64,000 nt of DNA from a bacterium. Its GTDB lineage: Bacteria > Myxococcota_A > UBA9160 > UBA4427. Made by a program: the position numbers and the translations under genes. How positions within the stretch are numbered: the stretch's first letter is position 1; each line of letters begins with the position of its first letter. The notes under the pieces were generated by a model. That model did no database searches. It saw only the letters and a program-made list of their open reading frames with translations, and had not been told where the DNA came from. The DNA lies in NCBI GenBank assembly GCA_031413515.1, contig JANOFF010000031.1, positions 131,166 to 195,165 of the forward strand. Direction: 5' to 3'. Shown piece after piece: positions 54,101 to 64,000 of the stretch.

Positions 54101-54203
54101 TCGGGGCGTTGTTGATTGGGGGACATGCGTCGTTTGGTGATGGAGTTGGCTGGCGGTTGATCGGGTGGTGGTGGGGCGGGGGGGCTCTTATGCTCCGCGC
54201 GCC

Positions 54204-55496
54204 ATGGATTCTTTCGATCTCTCGCTGATACGGGGCGCAGCTGTCTGGGCGGAGGACAACCTTGCGCTGGTCCTGGCGGCGAGCGTTCTGCTGCTTGCGG
54301 TCATAGCGCTCATCGCACTGCGTCCGCGCCGACCGAAGGCGATCGTGGCGGAGTCGGTCGAATCCGGGGCGGGCCTCGAAGAGCCGCCGACCGGGCAGAT
54401 CGAGCCTGCGCGACCGCGCGAGTCGGTCGAAGTCGAGGCGACCGAGCTTGCGACCGCGGAGCCAGCGTCGATCGAGAAACAGGTCGCGGTCGTCGTAGAA
54501 GACGCGCGAGCCGCCCTCACGCCGCCTGCTGCGGTTGTTCCGGTCTCGGCGCCCGAGCCGATTCCTTCTCCTGAACCCGAGCGGGTTGCACGCGTTTCGC
54601 TGCGCGACCGATTGTCGCGCACGAGCGAGTCGTTCTTCGGACGGGTCGGCGGGTTGCTGGGTGGCCGCAAGGTCGATGCGGAACTGCTCGACGAGCTCGA
54701 AGCCATGATGTTCGGTGCCGATCTCGGGGTTGCGACGGCCGAGTCGCTGCTCGCGGTCGTGAGGCAGAAGGCATCGGGCGCGGGGGGTGAAGCGGTCAAA
54801 CAGGTGCTTCATCAGGAGGTGCTCGAAAGACTCGAGCGAGTCGAACCCCGCGGTGAGCGCCTGGGGCTCGTCGGCAAGCCCCACGTCATCCTCGTGCTCG
54901 GGGTCAACGGCACGGGCAAGACCACCACGATCGGCAAGCTGGCCGCCCGCTACGCGCGAGCCGGTCGCACGGTCGTGCTCGGGGCCGGGGATACGTTTCG
55001 GGCAGCGGCGATCGAGCAGCTGCAGGTGTGGGGCGAGCGGGTGGGTTGCGAGGTGGTGGCCGGCAAACAGGGGGGCGATCCCGCCTCGGTCGCGTTCGAC
55101 GCCGTCAAGACAGCGATCGCGCGCAGCGCCGACGTGTGCATCGTCGACACTGCGGGACGTCTGCAGACCAAGAAGCCGCTGATGGACGAGTTGGGAAAGA
55201 TCGTGCGCGTGCTCTCGCGCGATCTGCCCGGTGCGCCGCACGAGACGCTGCTGGTGCTCGATTCCAATACCGGACAGAATGCGATCTCGCAGGCCGAGCT
55301 GTTCACCGAAGTCGCCAACGTGACGGGTCTCGTCCTGACGAAGCTCGACGGCAGTGCGAAGGGAGGTGTGATCGTCGGTCTCGCCGATCGCTTCGGCATC
55401 CCGGTCCGCTACGTGGGCGTGGGGGAGAGCATCGACGATCTGCGGGACTTCGAAGCGAAGGAGTTCGTCGACGCGCTGTTCGGGATCGGCGGATAG
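54204..55496 (+). CDS. ftsY: Signal recognition particle receptor FtsY
   Basis: N-terminal TM segment plus an acidic linker, then an NG domain with [20 protein letters not shown] and [10 protein letters not shown]. The start is ATG 54204 or GTG 54165. Confidence 0.9.
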   Translation: MDSFDLSLIRGAAVWAEDNLALVLAASVLLLAVIALIALRPRRPKAIVAESVESGAGLEEPPTGQIEPARPRESVEVEATELATAEPASIEKQVAVVVEDARAALTPPAAVVPVSAPEPIPSPEPERVARVSLRDRLSRTSESFFGRVGGLLGGRKVDAELLDELEAMMFGADLGVATAESLLAVVRQKASGAGGEAVKQVLHQEVLERLERVEPRGERLGLVGKPHVILVLGVNGTGKTTTIGKLAARYARAGRTVVLGAGDTFRAAAIEQLQVWGERVGCEVVAGKQGGDPASVAFDAVKTAIARSADVCIVDTAGRLQTKKPLMDELGKIVRVLSRDLPGAPHETLLVLDSNTGQNAISQAELFTEVANVTGLVLTKLDGSAKGGVIVGLADRFGIPVRYVGVGESIDDLRDFEAKEFVDALFGIGG

Positions 55497-55555
55497 CGCA
55501 ACGTCGCGCCCGACCCGTTCCCGGGGCCCGCGCTCGCGATACGCGGAGGTGGACG

Positions 55556-57046
55556 ATGGCGAAGTACGTGCTGGCCCTCGATCAGGGAACGACCTCGTCG
55601 CGCGCCCTCGTGTTCGACCACGCGGGCGCCGTTGTGGCGGTCGACCAGCATGAATTCGCCCAGCACTACCGGCAACCCGGCTGGGTCGAGCACGATCCCC
55701 TCGAGATCTGGGACAGCCAGCTGCGGGCCGCTCGCGGCGCTCTCGAGCGGGCGGGCGTCGGGGCCAGCGACCTCGCGGCGGTCGGCATCACGAACCAACG
55801 CGAGACGACGGTGGTGTGGGAGCGGGAGACCGGTGAACCGATCCATCCCGCGATCGTCTGGCAGAGCCGCCAGACCGCGCCGATCTGCGCCGATCTGCGG
55901 ACGCGCGGCTTCGAGCAGGCGGTGCGCGAGCGGACGGGACTGGTCGTCGATTCGTACTTCTCGGGCACCAAGGTGCGCTTCATCCTCGACGCCGTGGTCG
56001 GCGCACAGAAACGCGCCGAGGCGGGCGAGCTGTGTTTCGGGACGGTGGACAGCTGGCTGCTCTTCAAGCTGACGGGTGGCCGGGTGCACGCCAGCGAACC
56101 GTCGAATGCGTCGCGCACCCTGCTCTACAACATCCACGATCTGCGCTGGGACGACACGCTGCTCGCCGCACTCGACATTCCGCGCGCGATGTTGCCGGAG
56201 GTGCGTGACAGCAGCGGTGTGTTCGGCGTGGTCGAATCCCGCTGGCTCGGGGCCGAGGTGCCGATCGCCGGCATCGCGGGCGATCAGCAGTCCGCCTTGT
56301 TCGGTCAGGGATGTTTCGAATCGGGGATGCTGAAGAACACGTACGGGACGGGCTGCTTCCTGCTGATGCACACGGGTCGGGAGGCTGCGATCTCGCAGAG
56401 TGGAATGCTCACCACTGTGGCCTGGGGGCTCGACGGGCAGGTCGAGTATGCACTCGAGGGCAGCGTCTTCGTTGCCGGTGCGACGATCCAGTGGCTGCGG
56501 GACGGGCTGTCGTTGATCGACGCCGCATCCGAGAGCGAGGCGGCGGCACGCGCGGTCGACGACACGGGCGGCGTCTACTTCGTACCGGCCTTCACCGGAC
56601 TGGGCGCACCGTACTGGGACGAGCACGCGAGGGGGGTGATCGTCGGGCTGACCCGGGGCACCACCCGTCAGCACCTGATCCGGGCGGGCCTCGAGTCGAT
56701 CGCCTACAGCACCCGCGACGTCGTCGATTGCATGAAGGCGGACACGGATCTCGATCTCGCGACGCTGCGGGTCGACGGAGGTGCGTGCCAGAACGATTTC
56801 CTGATGCAGTTCCAGGCGGACGTGCTCGGCTGCGTGGTCGAGCGACCGAGCGTGCTCGAGGTGACGGCCCTCGGCGCTGCGGCCCTCGCCGGGCTCGGCG
56901 TCGGATTCTGGCGCGACCGCAGCGAACTCGAGCGCGCCAGAGGTGAGAACAGACGCTTCGAGCCACGCATGGATGCCGCCACCCGAGACCGGCTGTATAG
57001 CGGTTGGCGCCGCGCGGTGGAGCGGTCGCGGGGCTGGGCCGAATAG
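55556..57046 (+). CDS. glpK: Glycerol kinase
   Basis: [29 protein letters not shown] and VDGGA motifs. The ATG follows GGAGGTGG. Confidence 0.93.
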   Translation: MAKYVLALDQGTTSSRALVFDHAGAVVAVDQHEFAQHYRQPGWVEHDPLEIWDSQLRAARGALERAGVGASDLAAVGITNQRETTVVWERETGEPIHPAIVWQSRQTAPICADLRTRGFEQAVRERTGLVVDSYFSGTKVRFILDAVVGAQKRAEAGELCFGTVDSWLLFKLTGGRVHASEPSNASRTLLYNIHDLRWDDTLLAALDIPRAMLPEVRDSSGVFGVVESRWLGAEVPIAGIAGDQQSALFGQGCFESGMLKNTYGTGCFLLMHTGREAAISQSGMLTTVAWGLDGQVEYALEGSVFVAGATIQWLRDGLSLIDAASESEAAARAVDDTGGVYFVPAFTGLGAPYWDEHARGVIVGLTRGTTRQHLIRAGLESIAYSTRDVVDCMKADTDLDLATLRVDGGACQNDFLMQFQADVLGCVVERPSVLEVTALGAAALAGLGVGFWRDRSELERARGENRRFEPRMDAATRDRLYSGWRRAVERSRGWAE

Positions 57047-57086
57047 CCGGGCGAGCCGGCCCCGTGGTCCACACGCGAACCGATAC

Positions 57087-57299
57087 TCACTCTTCCCGCG
57101 GCTCGTCCGGTGCCTCGACGACCTCGAATCCGCTGCACGCCCGCACCGGCAGCGGCGGATAGTCGCGGAACGCGGGGTCCGATCGCGCTCGGACACAGCG
57201 ATAGAAGCTGCTGCCCTTGGCGCTGGTCAGCTTCTGCGCGCTCCGGCAGTCGAAGCAGAGCCCCACGCGCCGCCGGTTGCCGTCGTCCGGGTCGATCAC
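57087..57299 (-). CDS. Small conserved hypothetical four-cysteine protein (putative zinc-binding)
   Basis: 70 aa with high GC3. Cys pattern CFDC...C...C, plus GSSFYRC and YPPLPVRAC segments. GTG start lies 17 nt after the upstream gene stop. Confidence 0.5.
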   Translation of the reverse strand: MIDPDDGNRRRVGLCFDCRSAQKLTSAKGSSFYRCVRARSDPAFRDYPPLPVRACSGFEVVEAPDEPREE

Positions 57300-57315
57300 G
57301 TGCCCGCGCCGCCGT

Positions 57316-57669
57316 TCAAGTTCTCGAAAGCCACAGAAGCGAGATCCATCCGGCGATCAGCAGCAGGCCACCGATCGGCGTGACCGGGCCGAGCCAGCGC
57401 TGTCCGGTCAGCACGAGCAGGTAGATCGAACCTGCGAACAACAAGACGCCGGCTGAGAACAGCGATCCCTGCAGCCGGATCGACGCCCCGCTTCGTGCAG
57501 CGTAGAGCGCGATCGCGAGCAGGACGACGCTGTGCAGCAGGTGATACTGGCTCGCGGTCGCCCAGGCGGAGAGCTGCTCGGGCGAGACACGTGCACGCAG
57601 TCCGTGCGCGCCGAACGCGCCAGCCACGACGGCCGTCGCACCGGACAGTGCGGCGATGATGATCCACAT
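57316..57669 (-). CDS. DUF423 (YgdD-like) small membrane protein
   Basis: Four TM helices, with GAFGAHGL and QYHLLH motifs. The ATG is preceded by GGAGA. Confidence 0.8.
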   Translation of the reverse strand: MWIIIAALSGATAVVAGAFGAHGLRARVSPEQLSAWATASQYHLLHSVVLLAIALYAARSGASIRLQGSLFSAGVLLFAGSIYLLVLTGQRWLGPVTPIGGLLLIAGWISLLWLSRT

Positions 57670-57722
57670 GGCGATTCTCCGTTCGATGCAGGCCGGGTGA
57701 GTCGAACCGCCGCCCGGCGGCT

Positions 57723-58547
57723 TCAGTGGATGTGTCGGACGCGCGCGCCGAGCTCTCGACGCAACGCGGTAACCGCCTGGGCGGTCGGGTGCGCAGGCAG
57801 CGCGCTGAGGAAGTGGTCGAGGTCGTCGAGGGCCGGTCCGAAGCACTCGAGTTCGCGATAGATCAATCCGCGGTCGCGTCTCTCGATCGGGTCTTCGGGC
57901 GCCAGCATGAGGATCCTGTCACAGCAACGCAGCGCGGCGTCGAACTCGGATCTCGATACATGGATGTGCTTCAGGTTCCCGAGGATCCGGCGCAGGATCG
58001 CAGCCTGCGTGGTGCTCTCGAGCATGCCGGGATCGAGCGACGCCTCGGGACCCGCGACCTGCCGCAGTCGCACCTCGCATTCGTCCTCGTCGAGCACGAC
58101 CCCGTAGAAGGGATCGACCACGATCTCCCCATCCGCTGCCGCGACCTTGACGAGGAAGTGGCCGGGGAATCCGATGCCGTCTGCGGCGAGGCCGATGCGG
58201 CGGGCCACTTCGAGATACACGACCGACAGGGTGATCGGGATGCCGATACGCCGTGCGAGCACGACGTCCAGAAAGCTGTTGCGCGGATCGTCGTACTGCT
58301 GACGATTGCCCGTGAACCGCTCGTCGATGAACAGGCAATGATTCAGCCGCACGACCTGTTCGGGCAAGCCGCGCGCTTCGCCGAGCCGGACGGCCGCGCT
58401 CTCCGTCAGCCGATCGAGTTCTCCGAGCGCAGCGGGCACGTCGACTTCGGGACGTCCCTCTGCGGCGATCCACAGCGCGGCCTCGGCGAGCGGGATCGCG
58501 GCGTCGGGCAAGTCGATCAAGCGGGCAAAGTGTGCGCGGGCATCCAT
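57723..58547 (-). CDS. SirB1/YchA-family protein (transglutaminase-like N-terminal domain plus TPR)
   Basis: LNHCLF..ERFTGN...YDDPRNSFLDVVLARRIGIPITLSVVYLEVARRIGL...GFPGHFLV...DPFYG matches the UPF0162/SirB1 pattern. Alternative starts at 58553 and 58556. Confidence 0.8.
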   Translation of the reverse strand: MDARAHFARLIDLPDAAIPLAEAALWIAAEGRPEVDVPAALGELDRLTESAAVRLGEARGLPEQVVRLNHCLFIDERFTGNRQQYDDPRNSFLDVVLARRIGIPITLSVVYLEVARRIGLAADGIGFPGHFLVKVAAADGEIVVDPFYGVVLDEDECEVRLRQVAGPEASLDPGMLESTTQAAILRRILGNLKHIHVSRSEFDAALRCCDRILMLAPEDPIERRDRGLIYRELECFGPALDDLDHFLSALPAHPTAQAVTALRRELGARVRHIH

Positions 58548-58676
58548 CCGCACCAAGAGTGGCGGATCGCTTCGGGGTCGGCGAGTCGCGGCGCGCGTCC
58601 CGAGCGGATTCCGTTTCGCGCACGAGCCGGGCGATTGCTCGCCCTCGCAACGCCTCGAGGTCCGACGGCGATCGGT

Positions 58677-59300
58677 TCAGAGCTCGGTCTCGTAGTTGTT
58701 CGCGATCCGCTCGTCGATCTGTCGCGCCGCGCCGTCGTCCGCCCCGAGCTTCTCGGCGATGATCCGTCCGAACGAGACGCGGTGCCGCTCGCCCCACGAC
58801 TCCGGCTGCCAGAGCTTCGATCGGATGAAGGCCTTGGCACAGTGGAAGAAGCACTCCTCCACTTCGACCCGGATCGCGAGCACGGCCGGCCGACCCCGCG
58901 CAGCCAGGCGTTCGAGCAGGGCGGGATCCCTGGACAACTCGGCGCGGCCGTTGATCCGGAGTGTCTCGTCGGTGCCCGGGATCATGAAGAGCACGCCGAC
59001 GTGGGGGTTCGAAACGAGATTCTCGAGGCTCATGGCGAGCTTGTTGCCCGGACGATCGGGGATTACGAGAGTCCGTTCGTCCTCGATCCACACGAAGCCG
59101 GGCGCGTCGCCTTTGGGAGACGCATCCGCTCGACCTTCGGCGCTCGCGGTGCTGAGGACGAGAAACGGCGAGCGGGCGATGAACTCCGTCGCGTAACGAT
59201 CGAGGCGATCCGAGATCTTGATCCGGCTCGCTGGGTTCTCCACCACGACTTCGCGCAGCGCTTCGAGGCTCGAGATCCGATGTTCGGGCGAAGCGGGCAT
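58677..59300 (-). CDS. Pyridoxamine 5'-phosphate oxidase-family (PPOX-type) FMN-binding protein
   Basis: About 207 aa. SPFLVLSTASAEGRADASPKGD, then ETLRINGRAEL, are typical of split-barrel PPOX-type flavoproteins. Confidence 0.65.
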   Translation of the reverse strand: MPASPEHRISSLEALREVVVENPASRIKISDRLDRYATEFIARSPFLVLSTASAEGRADASPKGDAPGFVWIEDERTLVIPDRPGNKLAMSLENLVSNPHVGVLFMIPGTDETLRINGRAELSRDPALLERLAARGRPAVLAIRVEVEECFFHCAKAFIRSKLWQPESWGERHRVSFGRIIAEKLGADDGAARQIDERIANNYETEL

Positions 59301-59305
59301 CGTGT

Positions 59306-60109
59306 TCAGATCTCCGTCGGAGCGGGCAGACCAAGCCCCGTCACCGGGTTGAACGAATACAGGGTGGGGGTGCGTTTCGGCAGACACAGCCAGAGTCCCC
59401 CGGTTCGCGGGGAATTCACGGCCTCGACGACCGCGGCCGCGATCTCCTCCGGCGCCATCACCTCGATACCTCGGGCCCGCGCCTGATCGGCGAAGCCACC
59501 GGCCAGGATGTTCGTATCCACGATGCCGGGCAGGATGGCGTGACACGAGATGCCCTTGGTCTCGAGGATCGGTGCGATCGATCGGACGAAGCCGACGACA
59601 GCGTGTTTGGTCGCGGTGTAGATCGGATCTGGCGGGAAGGCGATCACGCCCGCAGCCGACGCGGTCGCAACGATCGAACCCCCGCCGCTGGCCTCGATGG
59701 CGGGAACGCACGCCCGCGTACCGAGAATGACGCCATCGACGTTCGCACCCATGATGCGTCGGTACTGGGCGTCGGACATGGCCGTGATGTCGAAGGTGGT
59801 GGTGAGACCGCGCGGATCGGCGCGAAACGTGGTCACGCCCGCGTTCAGGTAGGCGAGGTGCAGTCCCCCGCGCCGCGATACGACGCCCTCCACGACCTCC
59901 GTCCAGGCATGCGGATCGGACACGTCGAGGCGTACGAAGTCGCCCCGGATCTCGCGGGCGACTGCTTTGCCGCCCGACTCGTCGAGGTCTGCGACCACGA
60001 CCAGCGCACCCTCGCTCGCGAGTCGACGGCAGGTCGCACGCCCGATCCCCGAGGCGCCTCCGGTGACCAGCGCCACCGTTCCGTCGAATCCAGCATCGAA
60101 TCGCCCCAT
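59306..60109 (-). CDS. Short-chain dehydrogenase/reductase
   Basis: TGGASGIGRA, NAGV and YTATKHAVVG motifs. The ATG is preceded by GGGAGGAAG. Confidence 0.85.
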   Translation of the reverse strand: MGRFDAGFDGTVALVTGGASGIGRATCRRLASEGALVVVADLDESGGKAVAREIRGDFVRLDVSDPHAWTEVVEGVVSRRGGLHLAYLNAGVTTFRADPRGLTTTFDITAMSDAQYRRIMGANVDGVILGTRACVPAIEASGGGSIVATASAAGVIAFPPDPIYTATKHAVVGFVRSIAPILETKGISCHAILPGIVDTNILAGGFADQARARGIEVMAPEEIAAAVVEAVNSPRTGGLWLCLPKRTPTLYSFNPVTGLGLPAPTEI

Positions 60110-60200
60110 CTGGCTGCTTCCTCCCGAGGATTTCGAGCCCCGTCGCAAGAACGAACGATGATACCCTGCGGCCGGATCGGAACACCTGACAGGAGGCTCC

Positions 60201-60923
60201 ATGTCGCGTCGACCGCTCGTCATTGCCCACCGCGGAGCGTCGGCGTACCGGCCCGAGAACACACTCGGCGCCTATGCGCTGGCCGTCGAGCAGCGCGCCG
60301 ACATGATCGAGATCGATCTCCACCTCACGCGCGACGACGCCATCGTGATCGCCCATGACGCGGATCTCGCCCACTTCGGGTCGCAGGGGGCGATCCGAGA
60401 TCGGACGCTGGCCGAGATCCGCACGCTCGATGCCGGTCACGGCTGGGACGAGCGCGCGAGCGTGCCGACCCTCGATGAGGTGCTCGACGGGTTCGGGCAG
60501 AAGATCCCGTTCAACCTCGAGATCAAGTGGGCTGAATCGGGGGACTATCCCGGTCTCGAAGCGGCCTCCCTCGAGGCCCTGGACGCGCGGGGTCTGTCCG
60601 ACTCGATCCTGTTCTCATCGTTTCGTGACTCGGTGCTCGCGCGTCTCCGCGAACTTCGACCCTCGGTCCGGCTGGCCGCATTGGTCGATCCGCGGGAGCC
60701 GCAGCGGATGCTGGAGCGCGCCGAAGCCTGCCGGGCCGAAGCCCTCAATCCGCACTACGGCCTCGTCGGACCCGAGTTGATCCGGGATGCCCATCGCGCC
60801 GGCCTCGCCGTGTACCCGTACACGGTCGACGATCGGGACCAGATGAAGCGACTGCTCGACCTCGGGGTGGACGGTCTGTTCACGAATCGACCCGATCGCA
60901 TGCGCGAATTGGTCGACGGATGA
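60201..60923 (+). CDS. ugpQ: Glycerophosphodiester phosphodiesterase
   Basis: [28 protein letters not shown] and NLEIK motifs of the GDPD family. Confidence 0.88.
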   Translation: MSRRPLVIAHRGASAYRPENTLGAYALAVEQRADMIEIDLHLTRDDAIVIAHDADLAHFGSQGAIRDRTLAEIRTLDAGHGWDERASVPTLDEVLDGFGQKIPFNLEIKWAESGDYPGLEAASLEALDARGLSDSILFSSFRDSVLARLRELRPSVRLAALVDPREPQRMLERAEACRAEALNPHYGLVGPELIRDAHRAGLAVYPYTVDDRDQMKRLLDLGVDGLFTNRPDRMRELVDG

Positions 60924-61194
60924 CGGGCGGAACGTGCATTCCCCACGGGTTCAGCGGTTCGGGGACACGGGTCGGCCAATGAGCAGGATTCGACACAGCT
61001 TGCAGGCGTTGACACGGAGGAGTCGCTGTAATAGCCTCGTTCGTCCCGAAAAACGTAGTGGCTGCGAACACTTAGAGCCAGGTCAGTGCGTCGACCGCCG
61101 GCGGTTCCGGAACTTCCGGCGGCACCGTCTTCACGAGGCAGGTTTCGCGGTCCTGCCAGAACACCCCCCAAAACGACAGCCGGATTGCGCACTC

Positions 61195-64000
61195 ATGACT
61201 CATTTCGGATTCCCGCCGAAACAGGGCCTCTACGACCCCGCGCTCGAACACGATGCGTGTGGGATCGGATTCGTTGCCGACCTGCGTCGCGGTGCTTCGC
61301 ACGACATCGTGCAGATGGGCACGGACATTCTGTGTCGCCTGACGCATCGCGGTGGCGCCGGTGCGGATGCGAGGACGGGGGACGGTGCGGGTCTGCTTCT
61401 GCAGACACCGGATCGCTTCCTGAGACGTGTCGCCGACGAGGTCGGCTTCGCACTCCCGCCGCTCGGCCAGTACGCATCGTCGGTGTTGTTCCTCGCGCCC
61501 GATCCGAAGAAGCGCGCATGGCAGAAGCAGATCTTCGCCGAGGCGATCGCCGCCGAGGGCCAGCGCCTGCTCGGATGGCGCCAGGTTCCGATCGATCCGG
61601 ACGCCATCGGGCGCACCGCTCGCGACGCCATGCCGGCGTTCGAGCAGATCTTCGTCGGTGCGGCGGATGGTCTCGATCAGGACGCGTTCGATCGCAAGCT
61701 CTATGTGATCCGGCGGCTCGTCGAGAAGCAGAATCTCGCAAGGGGCGCGTACTTCCACGTACCGAGCCTCGCTTCTCGCACGCTGCTCTTCAAAGGCATG
61801 TTCCTCGCGCACCAGACTCCCGAGTTCTTTCCCGATCTTCGTGCGCCGGACATCGAGTCGCGGTTCGCTCTCGTGCATCAGCGCTACAGCACGAACACCT
61901 TTCCCACGTGGGACCTCGCGCAACCCTTCCGATACCTGGCCCACAACGGCGAGATCAACACGCTGAAGGGCAATTTCAACTGGATGCACGCCCGAGAGGG
62001 GACGCTCCGGTCGCCGCTCTTCGGCGACGATCTGAAGAAGCTCTTTCCGGTGATGACGGCGGGTGCGAGCGATTCGGCGCAGTTCGACAATGCGCTCGAG
62101 TTCATGCACCTCGCCGGCCGCGATCTGTGCCACGCCATGATGATGATGATCCCCGAGGCCTGGGAGAACCAGCCCGAAATGGATCCGGATCGACGTGCCT
62201 TCTACGAGTACTCCTCGTGCATGATGGAGCCCTGGGACGGTCCCGCGTCGATGACGTTCTCGGATGGTCGCGGGATCGGTGCCGTGCTCGATCGCAACGG
62301 ACTGCGTCCGTCGCGATACATCGTCACGAAAGATGGCCGCGTGGTGATGGGCTCCGAGGTGGGCACGCTGCCCATCGAACCGCAGGACATCGAACGAAAG
62401 GGTCGGCTCGAACCCGGCCGCACCTTCTTCATCGATCTCGAAGAGGGGCGGATCATCGAAGACGCCGAGCTGAAGGACCGCTACGTGCGGCGCCAGCCCT
62501 ATCGCAAGTGGGTAGAAACCCATCGGATCACGCTGGAGTCACTGCCGCGCGCCGAGAGCCCGTATCGCCGGAATCCCGAGACCCTGATGCAGCGACAGCA
62601 GGTGTTCGGTTACACGAACGAGGATCTCAAGCTGCTGATGGCGCCGATGTTCGCCAATGGCAAAGAGACGCTCGGATCGATGGGTGACGACACTGCGCTG
62701 GCGTGCGTGTCCGATCGCGCCCGTCCACTGTTCCACTATTTCAAGCAGCACTTCGCCCAGGTGACCAATCCCGCAATCGACTCGATCCGCGAGCGACCGG
62801 TGATGACCCTGCATTCGACGATCGGGTCCGAGCTGAACCTGCTCGACGAGACACCCGAACACGCGCGATTGCTGCGCCTGTACCACCCGGTGATCACCGA
62901 CGACGAGCTCGAATCGATCCGACGTTCGCAGAAGCTGGGCCTCCAACCGGCGACGCTCTCGATGGTCTTCAAGGTGGCCGACGGCGGCGCCGGGCTACGC
63001 GCAGCCCTCGACAAGCTGTGCAGCGAGGCGTCGAGGGCAGTGGCCGATGGCGCGAACGTCCTGATCCTCTCGGACCGGGGTATCTCGCCCGATCTCGCTC
63101 CGATTCCGTCGCTGCTGGCGACCGGAGCGGTCCACCATCACCTGATCCGAGAAGAGTCGCGCAGCCGCTGTGGCCTGATCGTCGAGACCGGCGAAGCACG
63201 CGAGGTTGCCCATTTCGCGATGTTGATCGGGTACGGGGCGGGCGCCGTCAACCCCTATCTCGCCTTCGAGACCGGACTCGACCTGATCGAGGACGGCGCC
63301 TACGTGCCCGAGCCCGTCAGCGCCGAGGAAATGGTCGACCACTACCTGAAGGCCATCGATCTCGGACTGCTCAAGATCTTCGCCAAGATGGGTATCTCGA
63401 CGCTGGCCAGCTATCGCGGAGCGCAGATCTACGAGGCGATAGGTCTGGCCGATGAAGTCATAGATCGTGCTTTCGCGGGAACGCATTCCCGCGTGCAGGG
63501 AGTCGGTTTCGATGTGCTCGCGCAGGAAGCGGCGATGCGTCACGCAACCGGCTTCCCCGGTGACGAGTACCAGTACCCGGAGCTCGACTGCGGTGGCCTG
63601 TATCAGTGGAGGCTCCGCGGAGAGCAGCACACGTTCAATCCCGACTCGATCGCGAAACTGCAACATGCGACGCGCACAGGCAGTGCCGCGACGTTCAAGG
63701 AATACACGGCTGCGGCGAACGACGATGCCGTGCGACTGCGGACCCTCCGCGGGCTGCTGGACTTCGAGTACGACGCCGCGCCGGTACCGATCGAAGAAGT
63801 CGAGCCCGCCACCGAGATCGTCCGGAGGTTCTGCACCGGTGCGATGTCGTACGGTTCGATCTCCGCGGAGGCTCACGAGACGCTCGCCATCGCGATGAAC
63901 CGCATCGGCGGACGCAGCAACACGGGCGAAGGGGGCGAGGACCCGGCGCGCTGGACGAAAGACGCCAACGGCGACTCGCGGCGCAGTGCGATCAAGCAGG
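61195..64000 (+). CDS. gltB: Glutamate synthase large subunit (3' partial, runs off the window)
   Basis: My own translation from ATG 61195 gives [30 protein letters not shown]... (Ntn Cys), [52 protein letters not shown] and [12 protein letters not shown]. The frame stays open to position 64000. It is not listed in the supplied ORF track. Confidence 0.93.
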   Translation, partial: MTHFGFPPKQGLYDPALEHDACGIGFVADLRRGASHDIVQMGTDILCRLTHRGGAGADARTGDGAGLLLQTPDRFLRRVADEVGFALPPLGQYASSVLFLAPDPKKRAWQKQIFAEAIAAEGQRLLGWRQVPIDPDAIGRTARDAMPAFEQIFVGAADGLDQDAFDRKLYVIRRLVEKQNLARGAYFHVPSLASRTLLFKGMFLAHQTPEFFPDLRAPDIESRFALVHQRYSTNTFPTWDLAQPFRYLAHNGEINTLKGNFNWMHAREGTLRSPLFGDDLKKLFPVMTAGASDSAQFDNALEFMHLAGRDLCHAMMMMIPEAWENQPEMDPDRRAFYEYSSCMMEPWDGPASMTFSDGRGIGAVLDRNGLRPSRYIVTKDGRVVMGSEVGTLPIEPQDIERKGRLEPGRTFFIDLEEGRIIEDAELKDRYVRRQPYRKWVETHRITLESLPRAESPYRRNPETLMQRQQVFGYTNEDLKLLMAPMFANGKETLGSMGDDTALACVSDRARPLFHYFKQHFAQVTNPAIDSIRERPVMTLHSTIGSELNLLDETPEHARLLRLYHPVITDDELESIRRSQKLGLQPATLSMVFKVADGGAGLRAALDKLCSEASRAVADGANVLILSDRGISPDLAPIPSLLATGAVHHHLIREESRSRCGLIVETGEAREVAHFAMLIGYGAGAVNPYLAFETGLDLIEDGAYVPEPVSAEEMVDHYLKAIDLGLLKIFAKMGISTLASYRGAQIYEAIGLADEVIDRAFAGTHSRVQGVGFDVLAQEAAMRHATGFPGDEYQYPELDCGGLYQWRLRGEQHTFNPDSIAKLQHATRTGSAATFKEYTAAANDDAVRLRTLRGLLDFEYDAAPVPIEEVEPATEIVRRFCTGAMSYGSISAEAHETLAIAMNRIGGRSNTGEGGEDPARWTKDANGDSRRSAIKQ

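Noticed and set aside
53767-54126. 119-aa - strand ORF covering the smc-ftsY intergenic element
   Set aside because: It overlaps the smc 3' end and gives a Pro/Arg/Thr-rich nonsense peptide. The region is better explained by the inverted-repeat element.
53912-54203. Idea that the structured region next to ftsY is the SRP (4.5S/ffs) RNA
   Set aside because: It has a long terminal stem, but I could not find the conserved domain IV sequence (the GGAA tetraloop context and AGCAGCC-type symmetric-loop motifs). I found no resemblance to tmRNA, RNase P or tRNA either.
61009-61034. Sigma-70-like promoter upstream of gltB (TTGACA at 61009-61014, TAATAG at 61029-61034)
   Set aside because: The hexamers are good, but the spacer is only 14 nt (optimum about 17). 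It is not reported as a feature, though it is worth testing by 5' end mapping.
1-64000. Search by eye for CRISPR arrays, transposases, integrases, phage genes, toxin-antitoxin pairs or compositional islands
   Set aside because: I saw no direct-repeat/spacer periodicity, no recombinase or transposase motifs, and no low-GC island. The only repetitive DNA consists of the in-gene 18-bp duplication, the Q/E-rich tract and the two inverted-repeat elements reported above.

Overview
Visibly GC-rich window (third codon positions are almost all G/C), densely packed with about 52 protein-coding genes. It looks like a core chromosomal segment of a diderm (LPS-containing) bacterium; lineage cannot be assigned from sequence alone. 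I found no rRNA, tRNA, CRISPR array, transposase or integrase. Content in order: (1) an outer-membrane and lipid A block on the + strand (bamA 3' end, skp, lpxA, lpxI, a Gfo/Idh/MocA oxidoreductase, lpxB, waaA, lpxK), faced by a convergent Kdo-kinase-like gene and an LptF/G permease. (2) A co-directional run of LPS-core genes (two GT9 heptosyltransferases, a GT2, a heptose-7-P kinase) that continues into yicC-remA-gmk, spoT/rel and another GT2. (3) An AlkB-type membrane di-iron monooxygenase and an SDR. (4) A complete seven-gene MoxR/DUF58/VWA Bat (aerotolerance-type) operon on the - strand, containing an unusually large 1179-aa BatB-BatC-like fusion. (5) Assorted metabolic genes, including a PEP-CTERM-tagged PQQ-type sugar dehydrogenase and a translationally coupled pair made of an unrecognisable His-rich polytopic membrane protein and a TPR protein. 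(6) purM, an FAD oxidoreductase and an ABC exporter, divergent from a GT2 plus a heterodimeric ABC exporter. (7) smc, ftsY, glpK, several small or conserved genes, glpQ, and the 5' part of gltB, which runs off the window and is missing from the supplied ORF track. The best candidates for something undescribed are the atypical Bat operon architecture, the His-rich membrane protein/TPR pair, and a 185-bp element with perfect 20-bp inverted arms between smc and ftsY. All functional calls rest on motif recognition by eye. No database search was run.
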